A stretch of 64,000 nt of DNA from Negaprion brevirostris (lineage: Eukaryota). Positions 38,901 through 52,938 of this stretch are shown here, piece by piece. Every line of letters starts with the position of its first letter. Positions within the stretch are counted from its first letter, which is position 1. Under the pieces are notes generated by a model that was given only the letters and a program-made list of their open reading frames with translations, made no database searches and was not told the origin of the DNA. Position numbers and translations under genes: made by a program. The stretch is taken from the NCBI GenBank assembly GCA_030324005.1, contig JARDVH010000031.1:40349203-40413202 (forward strand). The letters run 5' to 3'.

Positions 38901-40231
38901 AGCCTTCCTTAGTGACTAGAAGGTGTAATAAGTCGCCATTAGGCTGGTTAGAGCAGTGAACTTTACGATGTTGTCTAGACAGTTCAAGGTTTTGTAAACA
39001 GCAATGCTATGTCATGCGGCACGGAAACTTTTTTACCCCGAAAAAAAATTAAACGTTTTGAGGAGTCTTATTTACTGTGTCACAGGGACACGGATTAGTT
39101 TCAAGTTATCATATGTTATTTATATATGTAAGTAATTCCTTCTGTAAGAAATTCGTTTAATTTTGATTATACGCTGCCATTGCCCCTTTTCTCACCATGA
39201 AGTGGAAAAAATATGTCAATTAATTTCCAGATGTAAATATGTTTCCTCCAATTTTTTTTCAAATTGCAATTAACTATCATGTTTATCGGCGAACAGCCCG
39301 GTCAAATTTCGGCTTTTCGTTTTCAAACAGAAACATCCGTGGAGACGCATTATACATGAGCCAGGCAGTAATCTGTAATATAAACAAAAAAACTGGAAGT
39401 ATTCAGTAGATGAAGCACCATCTGTTATACTTCAGATTTCCAGTATCCGCATTACTTAGTACTTGTGCAGTAAATTGCTGTGTACTTGGGAGATTAACGA
39501 TATTGGATCTTCCGAATGAATTGGTGTCCTTAATCTGGTCTGCTTAGTATACTCAAATTCATTTTAAAAAAGTTTATTTATAAGATTTCTTAGAAGACTT
39601 GTTTTCATTTGAGACAGAACACATACTAACACATGCATTTATCATGAAATGTCAACTAGTTTGTAATCTTTAAACAGAATTGTTAACATTGCAACAGGTT
39701 TAGACATTTCTAGCTACGATATGTTAGAGTTAATGAATGAAATACATTGGAAAAACGTAAAATAATAAATATGCATTTCTTCTTTTCATGGGAATACATA
39801 CATGTTGAACAAGAATGGTTAGTTTGGCTATACAATGACTAAAACACAAATAGAAAATACTATATTATCTGATTGACCTATCGCTGTGAACGAAAGACTG
39901 CTCCATTCCAGCCCCCAATTACCCCGGTTTATTGTTAAAAATGAGCACGCTGTTTTTTTATGCCGTGATCAAACCTCTTCCGTTGGAATCGAGTAACACA
40001 AATACTGAGGTAAGGATGTTCCCTAATTTACATTTCGGCCATGATTCCCGCACAACCGTGTCACCTTAAATTCGATTCTACGTCGATCGCATTAAGGGCC
40101 GTCTGCTTTCCAAAGAAGAACAACAAAACTATCCCCTCATACTTGCAAGTCACTCCTTCTGTAAATAAATATCGACTAAGGCAATGGAGAGTTGGTCGGA
40201 GAGAATCCACCAGAGTTAAGTTGTATCATAG

Positions 40232-40464
40232 TCACAGTAAAGGGTTGCCAGTAAAAAAGTGAAGGCGGTCTCTGCTAAGTTTCTTTTCCTTCATTCTTCG
40301 ATTCTGGAACCAAATTTTCACTTGTCGATCGGTGAGGTTTAACATTCTCGACAACTGCAAGCGCTTCTCTTTGTTTATGTAAACATTGAAGAAAAATTCT
40401 CGTTCAAGTTCCCGGATTTGATATTTGGTGTAAGGACATCTTTTCTTTCTGCATCGCAGAGCGG
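40232..40464 (-). CDS. HOXD11: Hox-D11, coding exon 2 (homeodomain)
   Basis: Acceptor cccatcag|CC. Reads [58 protein letters not shown]...FTGNPLL*. Spliced protein 275 aa. Confidence 0.95.
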
Positions 40465-41025
40465 CTGATGGGAACACAGTAAAACGTAAGGTTACAAAGT
40501 ATCAAATAGCAACTGACGTGTTCTTAATTCCTTTTACATAAACTCGACAGCAAATGTTGTAAATAATGTTCGACTTGCCCAATATATCCTGATAGGACTA
40601 TTTACTAACTGATGACTTTTTTTAAAAAATGAAAAAGCTTAAATTAGATTTTCTTTTATGAAGCATAATTTTCCTTACACTCGCATTGAAATCAACAATC
40701 GCAGGGGTAACTGTCATAATTAAAACTTTGCCTTGTTACCCTAGAGGAAAAACCTTGGCGATGAATAGAAATCAGAAAAAAAGCCTCCGGTAAAATTGCA
40801 ATGACTATTGAAATCATTATATAAAGTTAAAATCCACTATTCGTGATTTTACATATTCAAAAAGCCCACCTAAACCGATTTCCCGTCGTAAACAACGTTT
40901 ACAACTTTAAAACAGATCTTATAGGGTATATAAAATCCTTCGTCTGCTTATAAAATTTCACATAAAATCTGTGAGGCAAAATGTGTTGGCCCTGTATTCT
41001 AACCCCGGGTTACTACTGCACCTAC

Positions 41026-41620
41026 TGGATAGGCTGCTTTTGTCGGCCACACTGTTACCGGAGAACTCCACCGTGGTCTTTTCGGTCGCAGTTTCTTTTT
41101 CCTGCCGGGAAGAAACTTTCTCAGATGCTGAGATACTCTGGCACGCCGACACAGACTTTTCGGTCAACTGTTCATAGTTAGCGGAGTCAGAAATCCCATA
41201 AGCCGTCTCAAAGAACTGATCGAAACCTTGAGGGAGAATTCCATTCCTGCCAACAGCAGTGTAGAAATTGCAAGATGGATTTGAACTTCCACGCTGGCTG
41301 TATACGGAATCGCTTTTAAACAGCATCCCCGCCCTGCTCGGTGGTTGCATGTAGTCTCTATGCATGATTTCTTCTGCCGTGCAATAAGGAGCATAGTTGC
41401 TCCTGTAATGCCACTTAGCCGGACGTTCTAAAGCGTAATCTCGGAACGCCACTTCACGGACAGGTTGAACCTGGGTTAAATTGGAGGAGTAAGGAAATGT
41501 CATTTGGCAAGAGGTGCTCTGCGGTAAAAATGTTGAGAAATCTGGGGCTGAAACATAGTACGTGCAGCTGGGCAGATACATACTGGAGCCGCAACTACCA
41601 AGGTCTTCAAACTCTGTCAT
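41026..41620 (-). CDS. HOXD11: Homeobox protein Hox-D11, coding exon 1
   Basis: MTEFED...[16 protein letters not shown]...[12 protein letters not shown]...[18 protein letters not shown]. Donor A|GTAGGT at 41025; 595 nt. An in-frame upstream ATG lies at 41674. Confidence 0.94.
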
Positions 41621-44600
41621 ATTTTGCTTTCGGAGTTGCGAGGCCGAATTATCAGGATTGATGATGTTAAACATGCTCCATCTATTCTACCCTAAAAGCG
41701 TATGAACAGGGCCGGCGGAGAAAAAAATTGGAAACGCAAGTTGACGTGCAATTCATCTTGATTGATTCTAAGGNNNNNNNNNNTAAACGAGTCATGTGAT
41801 CCAATGTAGAAATTACCATAGATCAGTTTTGGTCATTAAGATCCATCCTTTGGAACTCGAAGGTAATACCGTCGAAATTAGCCTATCGCCTTTCAGGCGG
41901 TGCTAGGTAGCCGCGTTCCCTTCCCGGTGCCAATGATTTGCCCTGTGACTAAGTATAAAGCAAACACAGTAACAAATAATTTAATTGACATACCGCACTC
42001 TGTCACAGATACCTTTCTATATTTGGAAACTCCAAAAACATCGGCGCTGTTTCATTGACTGTTGAGGTCGTGTCCATAATATAAAACTATATTCTACCAA
42101 ATAGGCAGAATTCTTAATGTCTTAAAATATAAAACTTTATTTTTCTACATGTGCTAATACGAGTAACAAGGGGGAGCTCCAAGTCATTTCGTGGTGGGTG
42201 AACCGAATTACAAGATCCTGCCTAAACTCTACTTCAAGGTCGGATTGATGTGTTAACGGAGTTTCATTATATATCTCAGAGTAAGGAAATTAGATGGAAT
42301 ATGTCTATTCAAGGACGATAACGACATTATTCACTTTTATTTCGAAGCTGGTGGCTTGCAACTTTTCGATTCGATTTCTAAGTTCGGATTTGACATATGC
42401 CATAGCCAAGAATATACACATGGTTGAAGCCATTCCCTACTGCTGAGCCTCATTATGTAACCGCCAAAAAAAATTTCCTTCATTAATTGTCTAGATATTA
42501 TTGTTTACATTACGCAAATTAGTCATCCAATGATCGCGCGAGTTTAACACTATCTTCGGCATAAATCGTAAATATGCAAATTAAACAAGGTTTGGAGTTG
42601 GGCGCCTCTAGAACTGCATCGCTATTTTGACATTAACGTTAAAATATGGCTGCAATGCAATATTTAAATAATGACCATAATATCAGGCTTGCTCGAGGCG
42701 TACATTTCCCATTGCAATTTCAAAAGTTAATATCCATGATTTGCATAAATTGGAAACGACATGTGGAGACTCTGTTGGGCAACTGGAGTGAGTTCAGAAA
42801 TCTGAGAATGCAAACGAGTGCATCGCCGAGTTATTCCGTAATCTCTCCCATCGGCTGAAGCCAATATGTGGAGTCTAATTAAATATCTGCAGGGAAGCGA
42901 AATTCTTGTTTGAATATAGCTCGAATCTGCAAATATGGATCACCTTCGACCCTTTTAAGCGAAGGCCAATCAAGCGAATGATATATAAGCTGATATTTCC
43001 ATGTACCAGCTTGGAGGGTGTGGGAGGAGGCAGCTCCACGGAGAAAAAAAATCATTTAATTATGGAAGGAAATCTACTCATGTTCCAATTTGCGCTTACG
43101 CACTCATTAAATATTGCATGTTATTATCTCGTTTTCCATTTATCCCTCAAGACCGAGCAGGAGGTAGCGCTCTGATCAATATTTGTTTACTTTGATCGGA
43201 TTGCAATAGACATATAATATCGTCCGTATATTTCAATTAGACAAAAATTCTGTGTAATTAATTCGAGCAATCTGAGGATAGTCCCACTTCTCCGAAACGA
43301 AACATAATAAAATGTAAATGTCATTGATTCCAAAAGTAATTATTGTTCGGTTGTAAAGTAAGTTTCCTAAAATATGGATTTAAGTTAAAGGTTTGAATCC
43401 CACCAATGTGTTAAGTTTCGATTTGTTCACTCCATTCTCGTCAAACTTGCACACGCACTTCTAAAATGTAACATCCGACTGTTGTTAGTATAAAGTGTGT
43501 GACCGGGTGTCGTTTTAATTAATAGGGACTAAAACGCAATGTTGTCTTTGTGTATTTATTGTAAAATAATAACGATAATTAACCTCAAATTAAATCAAAA
43601 TTTGAAATTTCCTGACGCAGCACGGCTGAGTGATCTAGTATGTCGACCGTGATCGCCGATACAGCAGAATAAGCCACATTGCAATGGAGATAGCGTGTTG
43701 AGCATTTCACCGACACAATCATTTGAAATAAGGGACCTCTCTCTTATAAATACTGATTCATTTTTAAATTTCTTCCTCTTGAATGTAATGCATCCTTTAT
43801 GTAGTTAATAAAAACATCATCGTTGCGTATTCTATTAATAGATTACGGAACTCGCTTAAGCATGCACTGGTTATAATATGGCTTTCCTTTCTGCGTATAA
43901 TGGTTGTAAAGCTCAAATGTACTGGCCATGGGCTCGATGTCATTTCCAAGCAATTTCCAATCATCAACCGTTATGAAGATACGCACTAATTCAGTCACAT
44001 AACATTAGTCCTTGTGTTAAAAGACCCGGTTCAATACTATGGCAATGGCTGTAAATGGAAAGGGAATTAAAAGTGCCCTTTGTTCTCATCTCGTGTTCAG
44101 ATGACCAATTCGGCCTGTATTGAATGTTAAATGCGGACAAATACCTAACAACTTGTTTAACATCGATGGGGGGAGGGGGAGGGAAGCAAAGGCGGTTCTG
44201 GTATACCAAGTAAAGAATTTTATAGGATATAAGTTAGGATCGTTATTCTCTTACACACATGGAGCAAAAAGGCGACGCACAGGGAAAGTTTGTCTGGCGT
44301 ATTTCTTTCTTACTCAATTCTTCAAATCGGCGATTTGTTCTTTCACGTTGCCGTCCTAGGCAAAATATTAGCGTCTTCTTTGCTTTTCTTGAACAGAGCG
44401 CGGCGTTAAGTATTTCGAATGTGGAAAAAAAAGCCCTCATTAGTCAAGCGAAGTCCACGATCAGTAGGTATGTTAGACTTGTGCAATGCAAAAAGAGACA
44501 CTAACTTGACCTTAACTTTGTTATGGCGCCCCCAGTATCTGGAGAACATGTACAGACACTGTCTGGCAGCTCGACCCATAAAAGTGAGATGAAAAAGAGA

Positions 44601-47600
44601 TTCCGAGCCATTTCGACCTAATGTCGGACAAATTTCCAAAGCTCTGGGTTATACTGCGGCAAATATGATAACCTTGATGCATTTTGGTGCTGGAGTAATT
44701 TACTGTACACAATTATCTCGCAAATTATTGGAAATTACACTCTGGGACGATGTAAGCACAGTTATTTCCACTTGCGGTATAATGATTAAAGGGGGCGGGT
44801 TGTGGGGGCGGTCAGAAATTCAGCACCAACCTCAGGTCTCATCATCCCCCCGAACGCAGCAGTTGGAAAAATAGAGCCTTAGCCATTTCCCTCCGTTTCG
44901 AATTCAATTTGAAAGTCAATTTACAATGCCGGAGTGCTGGGCTCTCAGTCTATTTTTAATTAATGCTTGGACTAGAAGGGTAATCACGCTGTTAGCGCTA
45001 ACATTTTTAACATTAGCGAATGCATGGCCTCATAGATTTTAAAATAAAACTCACATGTTGATGAATGTGCATTAAAATGTTTAGGACCTTTTAGAGACCC
45101 ATTCGACCAGTTCCGACGAATTGGAGGCGATTTTCGGGGTCGCATTATTTTCTAATCTGGCTCTTGCGGGGGTCTTTTTGGTGTTTGTTAGAAGGTCCCT
45201 CACTACCACCCATCCATATTGCTGACCTACGTGGCGTTTTCATTAGTTCACAGTGCTTGTAAGACAAGCTCACCAAATTCAATCGGTTCCAAGTGCACAC
45301 TCATGCTAATTCTACCCGACTTTCTAAAATTTGAGCAATGTAAATTACTTTATGTAACCCTTTTCACTGTATTTATAAATATGTGCAATTTCATGCCAAA
45401 AGTTTATATTCCTAGTAATAGATTTTGATGAAACCTTTAATTATTTAAATACATGTTTTACCGCTGGTGATAGTGGAGGAACCTTCATTTCAGAGTAATG
45501 TAGTTTAAGTGTTCTTTCCCATAGCACCTGTCTTTTTGAAATGCAAAGTGGCATCCACAATAATAGCAACCTTTCCATTCATTTCCATCACCCAGACATT
45601 GCAGGAGTGCGCTGTAACATCTGGGCTGTAGGCATCTAATTTCTTGGAGCTGATACAATCACGGGGACCAGGGATATGGAAAGTCACTTTGACACCCGCA
45701 AATTATTAAATGCCAACCCAGCATCAAATTAATGGCATTGAAATAATTTAAAATGGGTGGGCGCATTGTTTGCATCGAAAGTCGTATTTCTATATCTCGC
45801 CTGAAAACAAATTCTACGACTTTCATAGGCCTAATTGTCGATACACACTTTAAAAGAAATCTGGACATAGTTAAGGCCTGTTGCCAAAGCAGGTACTGCC
45901 TGGAAAATGCCCAGAATTAAATATCTAATTACTTTCAATCACAGAGAACTTTCATTTGCGTTGATATATTTCATTAAAACTCCTTTAAAGGTTCATGAAA
46001 TCGCACGGTGCATGTTTAATTAAAGTCCAGACAAATGGCGGGGTTAGAAGTAATGGCTGCTTCTGCCCACCCACGTCCTGATTTGCGAGAATGAGAAGCG
46101 AAGTGACTGCAACTCATTCATTCTCGTTTACATTTTCTGCTAACTGCCCAGGCTCAAGTACAAAGATTATCTCCACCAAACCCTTATTTTAATAAACATG
46201 ACTTATTCGCATCGAAATGTAGCTTCCCATTTTTAAATGAGGTAGAAATCCGCCGTACTTGTGACCGTCAAATCAAAAAGAATGAAGGAAGCTGGCATTG
46301 CCATAAAAGGAAGTGCAACAATAATTATCAAAAGAGGTTGATAGCACTTGACTCCACTCTAAAAAAAAACATTATTTCCAAACTTCTAAACTATTCCAAG
46401 AAAAATGTTCCAGCGGCGAATTGAATGGTCGCCAACCCGTATGAAACGAATGAATAAAAGTCGCATTCTCGTTTCAAATGAAAGAAATACGTGGCGCCGT
46501 GCATCCGGGTCAAATCATATTCAAATTACAGCAAAGGTTCAATTATTTCATTTTATTTTGTTTCGTAAGTTTGCCTTTTTTGTACAGAAACCTACTGTCT
46601 CTGATTATTAAGAATGGGAATTATTGTAAACTAATAGTAACATCTGAGAGAGGGACATTATCAAGGTTCGATGGAAATGGGGGCGCGCTGTAATTGAAAA
46701 ACAGTAATTCTCAAACTAGCGAATTAAACGGGTTGTTACGGAACCAAATTCCAGCTGAATACAAATACATGTCCACTGGATGTATTTGTATATTGTACGC
46801 TTTCTATTGGTGCCCAAATCTTGCGTTACGACTGGGGTATGAACACAATTGAAGATAAATATTTGTCTCATTGAATCTGGATGCAACCTCCTTAAATGTT
46901 GCTGTTCTTCCTGATCCGAATTCTTAGAAGCCCCAGATTTTGTACAGTTTAAATCCAAGTAGATCAGCAAACTCTGAAAGCCTACAGATCTCCCTATCGG
47001 AAATTGATGGGCGAAAATTGTTTGGCGCGTATGCACAGTGAGCAGGCAATATTGCTCCAGCAATAATACAATCGTGTGAAGGCGATTAGCTCCGAAACTC
47101 TGTAATCAGTCTATTTAGCAAGTCAAAATTTACCATCTTCTAACTGTGCATCAGGTGGATATAATGTGTTCCCAATTAATCGCTATTGTATTATTATTGA
47201 AACTTATTCTGAAATCAGGCGTTGACTTACTGTTACTGGAGTGGAAACGACTGCAATAAATCATTTGTGGAAAAAATTGCGAGGCGTGCTTCTTTATTTT
47301 TATTTAGCTCAATATGGGCCTTTAAAGGGTCCCAGAAAAGTACAATTCCATAACAATGCATCACTCCTGTGTTTATTATTTTGAATTTCTGGCACCGTTG
47401 TTTATTTATTTTGTTCTATGTGTTGCATTCAATTTCTGCAGAGCAACTCTGAATTCGGAAGCAGAAGTTCTCGCTGCTTTGAAAACACTAACTATACTGG
47501 GCAGTCACAGAACGTCAATAATATCAACACCTTCCCATTCACACAGACCACGAACACCTATTGTGGACCCGCATTGTTAGCGAAAAACAAATGCAATAGC

Positions 47601-48292
47601 CCGAATGGATATGCATCTTTATCAGATTTCCACACACCTCTGTATTAATCAATTGTCCGCCTCCGGCTTCACAGCACGTTTACAAAACATGATTTGTACA
47701 TACAAATGAAAAATTGCTTCGTCCTTCATTTTATTAGAACTCAATTTACATAGGTAGAGTGCATGCATAATATTTATATATTTAAGATTTAAATTCGAAT
47801 GTTCCATTCTAATTACCTGTTGTACTTACATTCTCAAAATGCAGAATATCTGCTTGTTACTCTTCTGGACAGTCATGTGGCAATTTTTTTTAAAAAAATG
47901 AGGAAACAAAATCATTACAAATGTCTTTGAAACTAATACATGATGATGAGAAGACGCCGGCACGTTATTCACGGACAGCAAAGTACAGGCCACAACAAGT
48001 CAAATTTGTGCCTTGCGATCAGTGTCCTGCTATAGCAAATGTTCACGAGGTATCCGTAGTTTGCATCTCAGTCCCTGTATGTTGCTGATGTTTAACTAAG
48101 CCAACACGCCATGGACTAGTGGCAGTGGCGATGTAATGTTAGATTGCTGTTTTATATGACAGCACATCAAAGGAGCACCTATCCATTAAAACAATGGATA
48201 TTCTTGATCTACATGCTTTCTGCAAGCAAGCTTAATTACCATAAAAAGTTCAATTCACGACCTTGAAACTCACATTTGAACTTTACTTTGGC

Positions 48293-48531
48293 CTAAAAAA
48301 GTGAGAGTGTTTGTTCGCGCATTACAAGCCTTTTCTTTTTCATGCGTCGGTTTTGAAACCAGATTTTGACTTGTTGGTCGCTCAGATTCAGTCTGTCGGA
48401 CAACTCTTTCCTCTTCTGTCGGTTGATAAACTCATTGGCGAGAAATTCATTCTCAAGTTCAGCTATTTGCTGCTTGGTGTACGGCTTGCGCTTCCTTCTT
48501 GACCTCACTTGGGTTGGACACCAGGGCAGAC
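48293..48531 (-). CDS. HOXD12: Hox-D12, coding exon 2 (homeodomain)
   Basis: Acceptor cagcag|GT. Reads [69 protein letters not shown]. Confidence 0.95.
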
Positions 48532-49312
48532 CTGCTGATAGGGATAGAGAAGAAAAAAAGGCTGAAGCAATCGAAACATTTCACCAGCCACCACCCTCCC
48601 TCCCCTCCAAACACACCCCTTCACCCCCCAATTCTAGAATAATTGACATTTTCAGCACGGTTTGTTCCTCCAGACAGTAGCATTTTTAACATTGCCGGAT
48701 TTATATTGTTGCGCTTTTGTGAAATGATGTTGAAACTTCGATCAAAAGATCTAGCATTCTCTATTTGTGGTACTTGGTCCTGATGATTTAGAAAAAAAAA
48801 ACTAGTAAATTATTATTTTATCTAACAAGCTGGTCAAATGGCACAGATGCATTATTTCAGTATTCAAGCATCTTAATGTTCTATAGTCACTGCAGCAGAA
48901 ACTCACCAATTCTAACAAAGGAATCACCCTGAAAAATTGGCTTCATAATAAAATGGCGACAAATTCAGTAAAGATTTCTTCGCCATCTAAATAAATGTTA
49001 GTTAGAACCCAAACTGCAACATTCAACCTTGTAATTTTAATTCAATTTCAAATATTTTGACCTATCATTCATATACCTCTGCCAAGCCTTCAGTTTCATT
49101 GTGTTTATTATCACATCCTAATCATTTTTTGTTTGCAATTGCGAGAATCATTTCCCCGCTTTTTCTGAATACAATAACCGCAAGGTTTTCAGGCTCGTTG
49201 TTTGATACTCAGTCCATGAAATTCAGGTGAGAGTGACAGGTAATACTTTTGGGAAGTCGGGATACTGCAGTTTTCAGAGGATGATCGTTTGAATATTGTA
49301 CTGATACTATAC

Positions 49313-49892
49313 CGTCGGAGGATCTGTTGCACACTGGCGTTACTGGTGACTGTAATGANNNNNNNNNNNNNNNNNNNNNNNNNNNNNNNNNNNNNNNNNN
49401 NNNNNNNNNNNNNNNNNNNNNNNNNNNNNNNNNNNNNNNNNNNNNNNNNNNNNNNNNNNNNNNNNNNNNNNNNNNNNNGTACTTGGCAGGATTGATGTTG
49501 ACTGAAGAGGGGATGCTGCTATCACTGGGATAAGACTGATTGTGCCTGCATCTCTCCTCCAGTTTCCGGCTGCTGTCTTGGAAGTAGTATTTGTTAGGCT
49601 CTTCGCCGGCCGCTGTCTTGTCTGATCCATGCTTATTGATGCTGATGGAGACTGAGTTGTTGAGGTAGGATTGAGAGTAGCCGCTAAAGGCGCGGCTCTG
49701 CGGCGGCGATGCGCATGGACTCGAAGTCCACGGGAGCGAGCACACCTCCCTGCGGGTGTAGGAGAGTGCTGGCGACAGAGTTGCCAGTTGAGTCCCATTC
49801 GGACGCAGGTTGGCGAAATAGAATGGCTCCGGACTGGTAAAATTTAACAGGGAGCCGACATAGCCTGAATTTAGCAGATTGTGATCGCACAT
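49313..49892 (-). CDS. HOXD12: Homeobox protein Hox-D12, coding exon 1 (contains a 120-N gap at 49359-49478)
   Basis: [33 protein letters not shown] (PG12 N-terminus). Donor G|GTATAG at 49312. The frame is kept across the estimated gap. Confidence 0.93.
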
Positions 49893-52800
49893 TTCCGAGG
49901 AACGCGATCAGACCCTCTCTGTCCCCTATTTAGCTTCCAGACAGAGATAAACGAAAGACGCTCGCTGATTGGCTCCTTGGTGGTCACAAGACAAGCGGAA
50001 ACAGCTTTTTTTTCGGGAACCGCCTCCATCCCACTTCAACTCACATCTGAAATGCCCAAGTACACGTCCGTGTGCACCTTCATCACACTCAATGCCTCTT
50101 TAGTCCGACGCAAACTCGCTGAAGTCAACAGGATGCATGCACAATTCAGAAAAACATCTTCCAATTTAATAAATTGGACACGCTGATTAAACATATCTCT
50201 GAGTATTTCACATGCCCTAAACGGATTAACGCTTTATTGACCCCATGACTTTTTAAAAATAAGTAAGCTATGAATATCCGAAATGTTCAAATGTTNNNNN
50301 NNNNNNNNNNNNNNNNNNNNNNNNNNNNNNNNNNNNNNNNNNNNNNNNNNNNNNNNNNNNNNNNNNNNNNNNNNNNNNNNNNNNNNNNNNNNNNNTGACC
50401 CCATGACTTTTTAAACATAAGTAAGCTTTGACTATCCGAAATGTTCAAATGTTCTCGTGAATCTATCAAATCAATATCAGTTATTCCTGTAAATTTCATT
50501 GCTAAAATTGGTAGTATGGTTTATCCGATCATGCATTATTTTAACTGGTGTCATCCATCTGCGTGGAGTAAAATTAAAGCGTTCATTTAAAATACCACAG
50601 ACGTTTTATACTTTAACCCGTTATTTTTAGCTATTTATTAGCGGGTAGGTAATATCAATCGCTGTGCGAAGGTCATCTGTGTTTAAACCAGCCATGTTTT
50701 TATTGTCTTAGTTTGATTATTTTTGTTTAAGATACACAACGAATATGACGGTAAGCAATGACAATGTTTCAAAACTAAACACATGAACATTACCGCAAAT
50801 TATCTATAGATTTTAGAAAATGTATTCTGCGTCTAACTAGTTAAGGTATATTTTACCATTCGAATAATCAACTAACGCACCAAATATAGCGCGACTAAAC
50901 TCATTCGACTTTTCCAAGTGAACAAAGCCCCACATCAGCATAGCGTCCAATGTGATATAAACAATGGGCATCTTTCTTAATTCTCGCCGTTGAATTCAAT
51001 TACCTAAGACAGTTTTGATTTTTAGAAAAACAGCAAGCTGATTATATTAAAATGTGCATTCATTTATTAGGCGGAAAGGAAAATGGGCCGGTTCTTGGTG
51101 CGGCCACTATTGAGTTCAATAATGTTGCACAGTCCTTTTGTGTTTGACAATGTGCGGCTTCAAGTAAAAATGTTGAGGTTAAGTTCTGCTGTGAGTTTGT
51201 GTTTACAATACTCGAGTTTCGATAATATCCAGTAAATTGGCGGTGGCCTCCCTTAATATTAGACTGCAACGTTTTATATTTCCCAAGAACGTTGCCCGTT
51301 ATGAGAGAACGGCGAATCCTCATTTTATCCTTAGAGAGTGAAAATGTTGAACTCAGATTGTGGAGTAAATGCCAACATTTGCCACGCTAGTGCCCCAGCC
51401 AAAATAACAGACTTCTCTTTTGCATCGGCTCCTCTTTTCGAATTATTAGCAACTTATTTTAGGCCGATTTTTTTTCTTAATGCATCATATTTCTCAATAA
51501 TAAAAACATTAAGGCGGCTGGTGCTGATTTAACAATTTAACAATAACAATAATATCAAAATATATCGATAGCAGACCAAATTAAATAAAGAAGTAAATAT
51601 ATTGCATCTACCTTGTTGAACTATGTAACTAATTCTGGGGACAAATATGACTTTAGATAATTCAATCTGAGACGCCGTTCCTAAGGTCACAACACAATTT
51701 TATTTCTAACATTGTATCAACTACAGAAATGTGATATTTTAAATAATTTTATTTCCACAACTAATTATTCTTGGTCTGTAAGTTAAGAAATGACTTTTTT
51801 TCTGCTAATGTATATATTTATCTATTTACAATTTGACACGAATTGACCCTTTCTGTTAAAATCATGTACTTTAAAATCAAAGCAACACCGCCACCACATC
51901 CTCACCGGAAAGGAAAACCACCGGTCGATCTTTGTCCTTTTTATGATCTCACGATGCCCTAAAAATGCCGAACCAGTTTCTTTAGTAAAACTTCAAAAAC
52001 CAAGCGTAATTGCGAACAAGGGGCGCTTAACCGAAGGCGCGTCTACACCTAACACTTAATGCAAAAAAACCCCCCTCGGAATAACTCCAGAAAAATGAAA
52101 CTCCTCAGTTCAAGGTCAATGTCGAATGGGGATCAAATCGCCATGTTGTTTCAAAGATATGTTGTTAAACTTCGTTTTAGTGCAAAATGTGCTTTCAAAT
52201 GAAAAATCACCTCAGGTAGAAACTGAGCACCCTACCAGGAAAAAAAATGAGGTTTTCATTAGAACTATTGTAACCAAGGAAGCGACTGGGAAGAAGAATC
52301 CACACTTTCCAGCTACCAGGACAAACACTGCTTTATTGTTCGTGATGTTTTCTCAAAGCTCTCATTCCAAAACCATCGTCATTTCAATACAGTTTGTGAG
52401 TATCTGTGGAAACTGAGATAAGAATATGCTGAAGAAAACCACAGTCGCACAATTTCTGTGTTATGTATTTCAAAGAAACTAGGAGCAAGGCTAATTCACC
52501 TACATTCTTTTGTTTACAATATAACATCAATGCCGGGCTGGTGCTTTGTCATCCGGGATGTGAACGCCAAACTGGCCAACATGTAAAAAATACAACTTGT
52601 TGCGCAAGCTCGGGAAGGTGCACTAAATTTAATGGATGCAAAATGTTAAACCCCAGATAATAAACAAAATTGAACACCCGGTATTTGCAAACTTTACGTA
52701 GCTGGAGTTGAAATACTTACTTTCAGCGCGCTTTTCTTGAAAAACACGCAATGCTGCAACCTAAGTCGCTAATGCAGCCTTTCAATTAAGATCTTGAAAG

Positions 52801-52925
52801 AAACAAATGTTGGCCAGTTAGTACTTCTGACACTGGTTTGCAGCGTAAAGTACGAACGACCATCTTGTGGCCCGCGTTTCAGTGGCACTAACGATTATGT
52901 TGCATCGTGTTTTACGGCGGATTCT

Positions 52926-52938
52926 CCAGTAGATGGCG
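52926..52938 (+). promoter_or_regulatory. CTCF motif between HoxD12 and HoxD13
   Basis: The plus strand reads CCAGTAGATGGCG, a consensus core. Confidence 0.7.
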
